Source: Candidatus Altiarchaeota archaeon (GTDB lineage Archaea; Altiarchaeota; Altiarchaeia; IMC4; QMZM01). From it: a stretch of DNA of 64,000 nt. Under the pieces are notes generated by a model. It worked only from the letters and a program-made list of their open reading frames with translations. It was not told the origin of the DNA and ran no database searches. The stretch covers positions 48,471 to 112,470 of the forward strand of contig JAFGDV010000002.1 in the NCBI GenBank assembly GCA_016931955.1, given 5' to 3'. The translations under genes were made by a program, and so were the position numbers. Positions 30,416 through 38,476 of this stretch are shown here, one piece after another; the stretch's first letter is position 1, and each line of letters starts with the position of its first letter.

Positions 30416-31462
30416 ATGGTTGACGCAAAAACTAAATTGCTGATATTCTTTGTTGTTGTAGGTATTATACCCGTAGTTGTGATGGGCGGTAGCATGTTTT
30501 TAATGATGGGTTACCTTGACTCAAGGATGACTGCGGATGCGCAGAGCAAGGTCACAACGTTTTTGGGGATAGCTAATGCTGTCTATAATGAAGAATTAGA
30601 TGATGTTAAGAGGACTGCAGTTGCTGCCAGCTTGCAGGATAGTGTGGGTAGTTCTCTGAGAACGGGCACAGTTGCAGCAGATTTGCAGCCTTTGTTAGAT
30701 AAGATGGTCGATGAGTCGGAGATAGATCAACTGACTGTTGTTGATAAGAGTGGAAGGGTCATCATAAGGGCAACCACAGATGCCAAGGGGGATGATATGT
30801 CTTCAAAGCCCTGGATTACGGCAGCATTGAAGGGGCAAACCCTCTTATTTACAAGGATTACTCCGGAGGCTGAGCTTGCATTAGACGGTCTCACAGAGCA
30901 GGCGCGCTTGGATTTTGTAGAAAGCCCAACTGCGAAGCCGACAACCAAAACAGTAGAGAAAGATGGTATGGTACTCACCGCTGTTACGCCTGTGATGGAT
31001 GATTCAGGAAATGTTATCGGAGCTGTTGTAGCGAGTAATCTGCTGACAAAGAACTATGAGATCGTAGATAAGGCAAAGGCAGTCTATGGAGAGAAGGGAG
31101 GCCCGACGGTTACGATATTCCAAAGCGATCTTAGGATCTCAACGAATGTTATGAGGGAAGGCAAGCGAGCGATTGGTACACGGGTTTCTGCGGAAGTGTA
31201 TGATCAGGTCTTGGGTAAGGGCCAGACCTATGTGGGACGCGCATTCGTCGTTAACGACTGGTATATAACAGCATATGAGCCAATAAAGGACGTTGAGGGA
31301 AATATCATTGGTATACTGTATGTTGGTCTGCTTGAGAGCGAGGTTAAATCAGAGATTTCGTCGTTCCTCAACTCAGCCATATTTATGAGGCTGATCATTG
31401 GTGCAGTGATTGCGATAGTTTCAGCCCTCGTTGTAATGCAGGTTTATCTGAGGAGTCTTTGA
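30416..31462 (+). CDS. Stand-alone Cache-domain membrane sensor (TM-Cache-TM, no cytoplasmic output)
   Basis: TIFQ.DLRISTNV..RAIGT..YVGRAFVV shared with the MCP; stops just after TM2; GGAGG RBS at 30403. Confidence 0.8.
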   Translation: MVDAKTKLLIFFVVVGIIPVVVMGGSMFLMMGYLDSRMTADAQSKVTTFLGIANAVYNEELDDVKRTAVAASLQDSVGSSLRTGTVAADLQPLLDKMVDESEIDQLTVVDKSGRVIIRATTDAKGDDMSSKPWITAALKGQTLLFTRITPEAELALDGLTEQARLDFVESPTAKPTTKTVEKDGMVLTAVTPVMDDSGNVIGAVVASNLLTKNYEIVDKAKAVYGEKGGPTVTIFQSDLRISTNVMREGKRAIGTRVSAEVYDQVLGKGQTYVGRAFVVNDWYITAYEPIKDVEGNIIGILYVGLLESEVKSEISSFLNSAIFMRLIIGAVIAIVSALVVMQVYLRSL

Positions 31463-31476
31463 TCCAGGTAAAAAAA

Positions 31477-31737
31477 ATGAACGAAGAATTTGATTTCAGA
31501 GGGAAGATAGATCCAATGCTTACAGTGGAGACGATAAAGAAGGTTAAAGAGTACAGGGCTAAGCTGGACAGCGGCGAAATAAAGGAGGAGGTTGTCCTTT
31601 CCTTTACTATCGACCATCAACCTGCGACGAGAAGCATTCCAGACACCCTGTCTAAGACGGGTCTCGGAGATTATAGGATATTGAGGGCGAAGGATAAGCA
31701 ATTATGGAAGATCGTGGTAACGTTAAAGAAAACATAG
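31477..31737 (+). CDS. TusA/SirA-like protein without the active-site Cys
   Basis: FDFRGKIDP (canonical LD.RG..CP.P), D.QPATRSIP, WKIVV. Confidence 0.6.
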   Translation: MNEEFDFRGKIDPMLTVETIKKVKEYRAKLDSGEIKEEVVLSFTIDHQPATRSIPDTLSKTGLGDYRILRAKDKQLWKIVVTLKKT

Positions 31738-31748
31738 GAGGTAAAAAA

Positions 31749-32903
31749 ATGGTTGAAGACTGGGAAGAAATCGAACGCGGAACGGGGGCCAAGGCGGCAG
31801 CCCGTGTAAAAACTGAGTCAATGAGTACCCCCACAATCGGTAGAACAAAGAAGACCGGCGTTAGGACTAAGTTGATGCTGGCTTTTATAGCGACTGCAGT
31901 TATACCTGTTCTTGTGATGAGCGTATCCCTGTGGATGATGGCCGGGGATATCAACAATTTCATGACAGACAACGCACAGGAAAAAGTCAACACGTTTTAT
32001 GGGATAACTGACCAAGTATATCAGAGCGAGATGCATAACGTGAAGGAAACTGCAATAGCGGCGGCTTCATTAGACTCTGTCGCTGATCTGGTACAGGGTA
32101 CCGGTAACAAGGATAGTGTGAGAAAGATCCTGTTGGGATTACAGAGTGCTGAGGAAGTCGGCTATTTGACGGTGTTAGATGCAAGCGGTAGGGTTGTGCT
32201 CAGGTCTAATCCAAACTCTGCCTCAGGTGATACAAAATCAGATGCATGGATCAGGACTGCCTTAGCAGGAACTGCGACAGTATCCTCTGAGGTGCTTAAT
32301 GCAAACACCCTCGCAGAGTATGGACTTGACGTGCAATCAAAGTTGTTTTTAATCACAACTGATAACGCCAAACCGACGAGTAGAACAGTGGAGACCTCGA
32401 GCTTGTCCATAGTCGCCGCCGCACCCATAAAGGATAGCACAGGACGTGTTATTGGCGCAGTTGAAGTCGGTGAACCCCTAACAAGGAATTATAAGATAGT
32501 GGATAACGCCAAGGACATATATGGTACAAGCGGCAGTCCAACAGTTACTATCTTCCAGGATGATCTGCGGATTTCAACGAACGTTAAGACAAAAGGCGGT
32601 TCAAGGGCAATCGGTACGCGTGTGTCTGTGCCAGTGTATGAACAGGTTTTAACCAGGGGCCAAGAATATGTGGGACGCGCATTCGTCGTAAACGACTGGT
32701 ATATGACATTGTATAAGCCAATAAAGAGCGGAGGCGGCAGTACTGTTGGAATACTCTATGTGGGTCTCCTTGAGAGGGATATTAAGACAGACATTGGAAA
32801 CTTTATCTCCCAACAGGTTTCTAACCGGATACTTTTCGGTGGAGTGATTGCTTTTATATTAGCTATGCTTTGTATGTGGCTCTACCTGAGAGGGTTGGAA
32901 TAA
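31749..32903 (+). CDS. Stand-alone Cache-domain membrane sensor (second paralog)
   Basis: Same Cache motifs; ends YLRGLE after TM2; GGAGGT RBS upstream. Confidence 0.8.
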   Translation: MVEDWEEIERGTGAKAAARVKTESMSTPTIGRTKKTGVRTKLMLAFIATAVIPVLVMSVSLWMMAGDINNFMTDNAQEKVNTFYGITDQVYQSEMHNVKETAIAAASLDSVADLVQGTGNKDSVRKILLGLQSAEEVGYLTVLDASGRVVLRSNPNSASGDTKSDAWIRTALAGTATVSSEVLNANTLAEYGLDVQSKLFLITTDNAKPTSRTVETSSLSIVAAAPIKDSTGRVIGAVEVGEPLTRNYKIVDNAKDIYGTSGSPTVTIFQDDLRISTNVKTKGGSRAIGTRVSVPVYEQVLTRGQEYVGRAFVVNDWYMTLYKPIKSGGGSTVGILYVGLLERDIKTDIGNFISQQVSNRILFGGVIAFILAMLCMWLYLRGLE

Positions 32904-32911
32904 ACCTAGTA

Positions 32912-32948
32912 CCCCTCTTTCTTCTTTATTTTTTTCCTTTTTCCTCTT
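32912..32948 (+). terminator. Oligo-T/pyrimidine tract, probable archaeal terminator
   Basis: ctctttcttctttattttttcctttttcctctt directly after the 32903 stop. Confidence 0.45.
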
Positions 32949-33119
32949 ATCAAAGCCGATCTGCCAGACTACTTTCCATATTTTGTTACAGCTTAAGCCC
33001 TCAACATACCTGTTCACGTTTGAAATCAGGCGCATGGACAATAGTGGGATAGCACAGTTCAAAAAACAAAGGGATATATATAATGATGCAGAATACTTAA
33101 CTGAGGTAAAACATCGGAA

Positions 33120-33590
33120 GTGTCGATAATGAGGGAAATAATAGGTATTGGAAACGACTTATTCGGCGACGACGGTTTCGGTCCAATGGTGGTGGGCTAC
33201 ATAAAAGCCAACTACATGCTGGCTCCAGATGTTGAAGTAATCGATGCAGGGTCTTCTCCCGACTTTCTATTGAACGAACTCCTGGAGACCGAAACCAAGA
33301 GGATTATCATAATAGACGTCTTCGATAACGGAGGGGTTCCTGGTGAGATATCGATACTCTCCTCAGAGGATCTGCCGGATGTTTTCCCTCAACGGCTCAC
33401 ACATAATATGCCAATAGCGGAGATAATAAGAGAGCTATCTAACAGCAGAGACATGGACATCAAGGTGATCGCGTGCCAACCAGAGAAAATAACCGTCCCG
33501 GACGTGTGCGTCGGCCTATCTAAGCCCCTCGTCGACGCCGTACCCAAGGCTGCTGATCTAGCCGTCAGGTTAATCAATCAGGATAATTAG
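33120..33590 (+). CDS. FrhD-like hydrogenase maturation protease
   Basis: GIGNDLFGDDGFGP, IDAG, THNMP, GLSKPL.DAVP. Confidence 0.88.
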   Translation: MSIMREIIGIGNDLFGDDGFGPMVVGYIKANYMLAPDVEVIDAGSSPDFLLNELLETETKRIIIIDVFDNGGVPGEISILSSEDLPDVFPQRLTHNMPIAEIIRELSNSRDMDIKVIACQPEKITVPDVCVGLSKPLVDAVPKAADLAVRLINQDN

Positions 33591-33606
33591 CAGGTGATCT
33601 AAAAAA

Positions 33607-33858
33607 ATGGTTCAAATAGAAGTAGACGAAAGCCTCTGTAAGGGGTGTGGGATGTGTGCTGACGTATGCCCTACAGGGGTTCTGGAGAAACAGGAAAACT
33701 TCGAGCCAACCAAGGTGGTGAACCCGGATGACTGTATTCAGTGCCTCTCCTGTCTGGAGATATGTCCAGCTTATGCTGTGATACACAAGGAGTTGATTCC
33801 TGTGAGGAGGCTGCAGATAGAGACCTCAACACTGGACATGATTAAAAAAATACTTTAG
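33607..33858 (+). CDS. 2x[4Fe-4S] ferredoxin
   Basis: CKGCGMCADVCP and CIQCLSCLEICP. Confidence 0.92.
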   Translation: MVQIEVDESLCKGCGMCADVCPTGVLEKQENFEPTKVVNPDDCIQCLSCLEICPAYAVIHKELIPVRRLQIETSTLDMIKKIL

Positions 33859-33867
33859 GTGTTTAGG

Positions 33868-34407
33868 ATGGTAATCAAAAGAGAAACGTACACCGATTAC
33901 GAGATAGAGTTCGCGATGAGGGAGAAGGAAGACTTCGAGAAATCGATGCAGGCCCTGATGGACATTGTCGGCGCAACAGTAAGCACTCTCGAATCGGTGG
34001 CTGGGATGGGTGCCAGAGCCATGAGCTACATGGCGGGCAAGAACATCGGCAAGAGGATAGGTAGAATGATCGGCAGAAAACCCGACGTTGAAACCGCGAT
34101 AGATGCCCTCACAGACCTGATGGGCGACGCGTGGAAGATCGAAATATGGAAGCCTGCAACCGAAAAGGAATTGGTGAAGAAGACTGACAAAGGCTTCCAG
34201 TGCAAGCTTCTCTTCAGGGACTGCATAGTAAGGCAGACCCTTGAGAGGGAGGCGATACCGCAGAAGGGGACCATGTGCTACCTCACCAATGGATACGTGT
34301 GCGGAGCCTTGGAGGTGATGCTTGGAATGCGCGGCAAACTTGATTTCCTCCACAGCGGAAACAACGCTTGCCTGAAGGATCTGAATTTAACTAGGGAGGG
34401 CGTGTAA
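33868..34407 (+). CDS. V4R-domain protein
   Basis: GARAMSYMAGKNIG; DCIVR..MCYLTNGYVCGAL..NACL V4R Cys pattern. Confidence 0.75.
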   Translation: MVIKRETYTDYEIEFAMREKEDFEKSMQALMDIVGATVSTLESVAGMGARAMSYMAGKNIGKRIGRMIGRKPDVETAIDALTDLMGDAWKIEIWKPATEKELVKKTDKGFQCKLLFRDCIVRQTLEREAIPQKGTMCYLTNGYVCGALEVMLGMRGKLDFLHSGNNACLKDLNLTREGV

Positions 34408-34408
34408 A

Positions 34409-35389
34409 ATGGCTAAGACAACACTGGCCTATGTCGCGGGAGCGATATGCGGCGGATGCGCCACCACCATGCTCGATGTTCACGAGGAGCTTCCAGACCT
34501 CTTAGAAAAAATCGATATCGTTTATAATACGTTGTTAATGGATGTAAAAAAGATCCCCGAATGCGACATCGGCGTGTGGGGCGGGACCGTAAGGACCGAT
34601 GAACACAGAGAGCAGCTGATTGAGCTGAGGGGGAAGTGCAAGACACTTATCGCCTTCGGGACATGTGCCGTATATGGCGGCATCCCCGGGCTGAGCTTCT
34701 ACTGGCCCATATCCGAGTTACTTAAAAAAGTCTACACCGGTACTAAGGGCATCACCAACGGAACCCCACCCAAGCAGGATGTCCCCAACCTGATGAGGGA
34801 GCTGTATCCAGCCGACCAGGTTGTTGAGGTAGACTACTACATGCCAGGTTGCCCTTGTCCGCCAGACTGGTTCATGAAAGCTGTTGAAGCACTCCTCGAA
34901 GGCAAGGTGTCTGAGCTCAGGCATAAAACAGTCTGCTCCGAGTGTCCGAGAAGGATGACTCGTCCAGTGAATTTCCCGATAAAGAGGAAGATTGGGAAAT
35001 TCGACGACACCGTCGTTAAAACAGAGAAGGACGGAACTGTAAGGCACAGATGCTTCCTGTCTCAGGGGATACTCTGCCTTGGCTCTGTGACAATCAATAG
35101 ATGCGGGGCCTCCTGTCAACTGCATAATATGCCCTGCTCCGGATGCTCTGGCCCGTCCCTCGAGGTTTTGAGGGAACAGGGAAGGGACCCACTGCTCATG
35201 ATTGCGAAGAGGATGGCCATCCTCTCCGGGCAGGACCCTGAAGCCATCATCAGCGGGCAAATACCACAGGATATCATAGACCAGTTCTACGACATAAAAC
35301 ACCAGTTTTACGGGTATATCTCAACCCATCCCGCATTGTGGAAGAAAGCAGCTTCAAAGATACCCGACCTAGTGGAGGTTGAAAAATGA
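34409..35389 (+). CDS. mvhG: [NiFe]-hydrogenase small subunit (MvhG-like)
   Basis: CGGC, GTCAVYGG, PGCP, CSEC, CFL..G..CLG..RCGASC...MPCSGC. Confidence 0.85.
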   Translation: MAKTTLAYVAGAICGGCATTMLDVHEELPDLLEKIDIVYNTLLMDVKKIPECDIGVWGGTVRTDEHREQLIELRGKCKTLIAFGTCAVYGGIPGLSFYWPISELLKKVYTGTKGITNGTPPKQDVPNLMRELYPADQVVEVDYYMPGCPCPPDWFMKAVEALLEGKVSELRHKTVCSECPRRMTRPVNFPIKRKIGKFDDTVVKTEKDGTVRHRCFLSQGILCLGSVTINRCGASCQLHNMPCSGCSGPSLEVLREQGRDPLLMIAKRMAILSGQDPEAIISGQIPQDIIDQFYDIKHQFYGYISTHPALWKKAASKIPDLVEVEK

Positions 35390-36822
35390 GCGAGATAATA
35401 ATAGACCCCATGACGAGGTTGGAGGGTCACGGAAAGGTTACCATCGAACTAGACGACGGAGGCAAGGTGAAGGATGCAAGGTTCTCGATAGTCTACCTGA
35501 GAGGCTTTGAGAAGTTCCTTGAAGGCTGCGCCCTGGAGGATCTTCCAAAGTTCACCCCAAGGATATGCGGCGTCTGCCCGGTCGCACATCACATGGCGAG
35601 TGCCAAGGCATGTGACGCAGTCCTAAAAGCCAAGCTGACGGAGACCGGAGAAAAGATCAGACGCCTATGGTACGCAGTCAACGGCGTGCACGACAAGATG
35701 TTGATATTAGCGGGCACAGGCGCTCCAGATCTGTTGCTGCCGGATGCAAACCAGAAGACGAGGAACGTGATAACCTTGATAACGAAGAACCCTGAGCTCG
35801 GTAAGAAGATCCTCGAACTAAGGAAGTTCGGCCAAGAGAGTAATAGAGTAATATCAGGAAAAGCCATCCACCCATTTACTGCAGTACCTGGCGGCGTCTC
35901 CTTCAAGGTGACAGAGGACCAAGTCAAACAGATCAAAAAGCTGGGGAAGAACGCACTACATATTGCAACAGAGGTGGTAGAGCTGATAAAGGATAAAACC
36001 TATGAACTTGTAGAAAAAAAAGGCGACCTCTTGGAGAAATTAGGTAATGTCGAGACGAACTACTTGGGTTTGAGGGCTTCGGATGGGACAAGCGACCACT
36101 ATGATGGCGATGTTGCTTTCATGGATTCAAAGGGGAAGATCACGGAATTCCATCCATCGGATTACCTGAATTATCTGGCTGAGAACACCTCTGATTACTC
36201 CTTCGGCAAGTATCCCTACTGGAAGGCCTTAGGTTTCCCTGAGGGGATCATAAGGGTCGGTCCACTAGCGAGGTTGAATGTTGCTGAGAAACTGAGCACA
36301 CCTAAGGCGCAGGAGTACTTTGAAGACTTCAGGAAATCCTTCGGCAGACCAGCGCATGTGACCATGCTATACCACTACGCCCGCGCTATCGAGTTGTTGA
36401 ATTGTGCGGAGATGGCAATGGACCTCTTAGATGATCCCGCAATTCTAGGTGACGACACCATAGGCAGCATGGGTCCGCTTGGAGCAGGTCAAGGCGTTGG
36501 CATAGTGGAAGCCCCAAGAGGGACTTTAATACACCACTATGAGACAGACGAAAAGGGTCTTGTAAAGGACATCAACCTGATTGTTGCCACGACATTCAAC
36601 AATGCACCAATAGACAGGGATATCAAGGCTGCATCTCAGAAGCTGATAACCAGCAAGTCGCCTAATGAGAAGATACTGAACACTATAGAGATGGTTGCAA
36701 GGGCATATGATCCCTGCCTCTCATGTGCTGCACACAGCGTTGACGGCGGCTATCCCCTGAAGATAGAGATATATGACTCGGAGGGTAATAGGGTGGGGGA
36801 GATAAGCAATACACGGAGGTGA
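35386..36822 (+). CDS. mvhA: [NiFe]-hydrogenase large subunit (MvhA-like, group 3), catalytically intact
   Basis: RLEGH, RGFE, RICGVCPVAH (L1), EAPRG, DPCLSCAAH (L2) plus cleavable C-terminal tail. Confidence 0.92.
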   Translation: MSEIIIDPMTRLEGHGKVTIELDDGGKVKDARFSIVYLRGFEKFLEGCALEDLPKFTPRICGVCPVAHHMASAKACDAVLKAKLTETGEKIRRLWYAVNGVHDKMLILAGTGAPDLLLPDANQKTRNVITLITKNPELGKKILELRKFGQESNRVISGKAIHPFTAVPGGVSFKVTEDQVKQIKKLGKNALHIATEVVELIKDKTYELVEKKGDLLEKLGNVETNYLGLRASDGTSDHYDGDVAFMDSKGKITEFHPSDYLNYLAENTSDYSFGKYPYWKALGFPEGIIRVGPLARLNVAEKLSTPKAQEYFEDFRKSFGRPAHVTMLYHYARAIELLNCAEMAMDLLDDPAILGDDTIGSMGPLGAGQGVGIVEAPRGTLIHHYETDEKGLVKDINLIVATTFNNAPIDRDIKAASQKLITSKSPNEKILNTIEMVARAYDPCLSCAAHSVDGGYPLKIEIYDSEGNRVGEISNTRR

Positions 36823-36855
36823 TCCCTCATTTTTACTTTAATTGCGTGATCTAAA

Positions 36856-37065
36856 ATGGTGAAGATTAAAATCAAAAACGTGCAAACAAGGCAGGTTGAT
36901 GTATTCGACGTCGAGGAACGTGACACGATGAAGGATGTCCTGCAGGCGATGGGCTTCAAGGTGGATGACTTTTTCATAACCGACGACCAGACAGGCCGCT
37001 TCTTCGACCCACGCATTAAATTCGGCGACACCGACAAGCGCTCCTTCGGTATCCTGAAGAAATAA
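36856..37065 (+). CDS. Small putative ubiquitin-like (beta-grasp) protein
   Basis: KIKIKNVQT...FDVEERDTMKDV resembles the ubiquitin beta1-beta2-helix; no C-terminal GG. Confidence 0.45.
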   Translation: MVKIKIKNVQTRQVDVFDVEERDTMKDVLQAMGFKVDDFFITDDQTGRFFDPRIKFGDTDKRSFGILKK

Positions 37066-37084
37066 AACCCCTTACTTCTTTTTT

Positions 37085-37588
37085 TTAATCTAATCTGAAG
37101 CCTCCGTGTTTCCTGAAGTGCGCAGCTAATCCTCCGTCTCCAAGAATCCTCAGCATGAAATCAGGCATCGGCTTAACATTCAGTTTTTTATCTATTGTCT
37201 TGTCTTCGATAACGCCTACTTCCAGGTCCACCTCAAGCAGGTCTCCTCCCCCTATTTCATCTGCCCCATTACATTCTATCGCTGGTAGCCCAATGTTTAT
37301 CGAATTCCTGTAGAATATTCTGGCGAAGGATTCCGCAATCACTGCCGATATCCCCGCATACTTTATCGCTAACGGTGCTTGTTCTCTCGAGCTGCCGCAG
37401 CCGAAGTTTCTCCCAGCCACGATGAAATCACCTCCCCCTATCTTCTTGTAGAATTCAGGATCCAGGTCTTCTAACACATGCTTAGCCAATTCTTTATCAT
37501 CGAGAGTCTTGAACTTGTATCTTCCAGAGATTATCAAATCCGTGTTGACGTCGTCTCCCACCTTATGGGCTCTTCCCTTGAACCTCAT
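37085..37588 (-). CDS. leuD: 3-isopropylmalate/homoaconitate dehydratase small subunit
   Basis: [33 protein letters not shown]. Confidence 0.88.
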   Translation of the reverse strand: MRFKGRAHKVGDDVNTDLIISGRYKFKTLDDKELAKHVLEDLDPEFYKKIGGGDFIVAGRNFGCGSSREQAPLAIKYAGISAVIAESFARIFYRNSINIGLPAIECNGADEIGGGDLLEVDLEVGVIEDKTIDKKLNVKPMPDFMLRILGDGGLAAHFRKHGGFRLD

Positions 37589-37685
37589 GTTAATGATTAG
37601 AACCAGGGGTATAAATCAAACGCCGATGAGAATTCATTCCTTGTAACTTTTTCTATATAAAAAAACAATATCCTAACAAGAAAGA

Positions 37686-38006
37686 ATGGCAGACGATAAA
37701 TCCATGCTTGTCAGGATAATGGGTGACCACCCAAGCATCAGGATCCTGGACTTCCTGATAGACAACAAGAACTTCGACTACTCCAAAACGGACGCCTGTG
37801 AGGGGGCTAACGTGAGCCCAGGCTCTTTATACAAGATCTGGCACAATCTGGAGGAATCAGAGATCGTCGTAAAGACGAGACAGTATGGTGCGACAAAACT
37901 TTACAGGCTGAACAAGGAAAACCCATTAGTCAAAAAGTTGCTGGAATTGGATCTAGAATTATGTAGACAGTATGCGCAATTCGAAGCCGCTTCTACGCCG
38001 GCATAA
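37686..38006 (+). CDS. Small winged-helix protein
   Basis: RILDFL..FDYSKTD..EGANVS..LYK; TRQYGATKLYRLN wing. Confidence 0.7.
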   Translation: MADDKSMLVRIMGDHPSIRILDFLIDNKNFDYSKTDACEGANVSPGSLYKIWHNLEESEIVVKTRQYGATKLYRLNKENPLVKKLLELDLELCRQYAQFEAASTPA

Positions 38007-38402
38007 TCAAGCATTCCTTAGCTTCTCTGCTTCTTTGTTGAGGTCTACTTCCGTCTTAGGGTAGTTGCTCTGCGGGAATCCACTGATACCATCTCCTTCC
38101 TTTGAAGGGAACAACGCTATGTGTAAATGATGTATTCTCCCGCCTCGGATGAACATGCACACGTAATCGGGCTTATAGGTTTTCTTTATCTTCTTAGCGA
38201 CCTTCTTCGCCGCAGTGAATAATCTTCCTAAATCCCCATCATCCATCTCATAGAATCTCTCCACGTGTTTCTTCGGCACCAACAGGCAGTGCCCTGGAGC
38301 ACAGGGCTGAATATCCAGTACGCCTACACAGAAGTCGTCCTCGTAGACCCTCCAAGACCCTATCTCTCCCCTAACCAGCTTACACAGTATGCAGTCTCCC
38401 AT
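38007..38402 (-). CDS. HIT-family hydrolase
   Basis: CILC, VYED, DIQP..PGHCLLVPKKH, HLHIA. Confidence 0.85.
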   Translation of the reverse strand: MGDCILCKLVRGEIGSWRVYEDDFCVGVLDIQPCAPGHCLLVPKKHVERFYEMDDGDLGRLFTAAKKVAKKIKKTYKPDYVCMFIRGGRIHHLHIALFPSKEGDGISGFPQSNYPKTEVDLNKEAEKLRNA

Positions 38403-38476
38403 ATTCCCATCATGGATTATTAGATCGCCTGAACTATTAAGTAAAGTATTTATATCCTCAAGGAGAAGAAGATAAT

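Noticed and set aside
33009-33031. Small hairpin CCTG-TTCA..TGAA..CAGG upstream of the hydrogenase operon (SECIS-like?)
   Set aside because: Short and imperfect, and no in-frame UGA in neighbouring genes.
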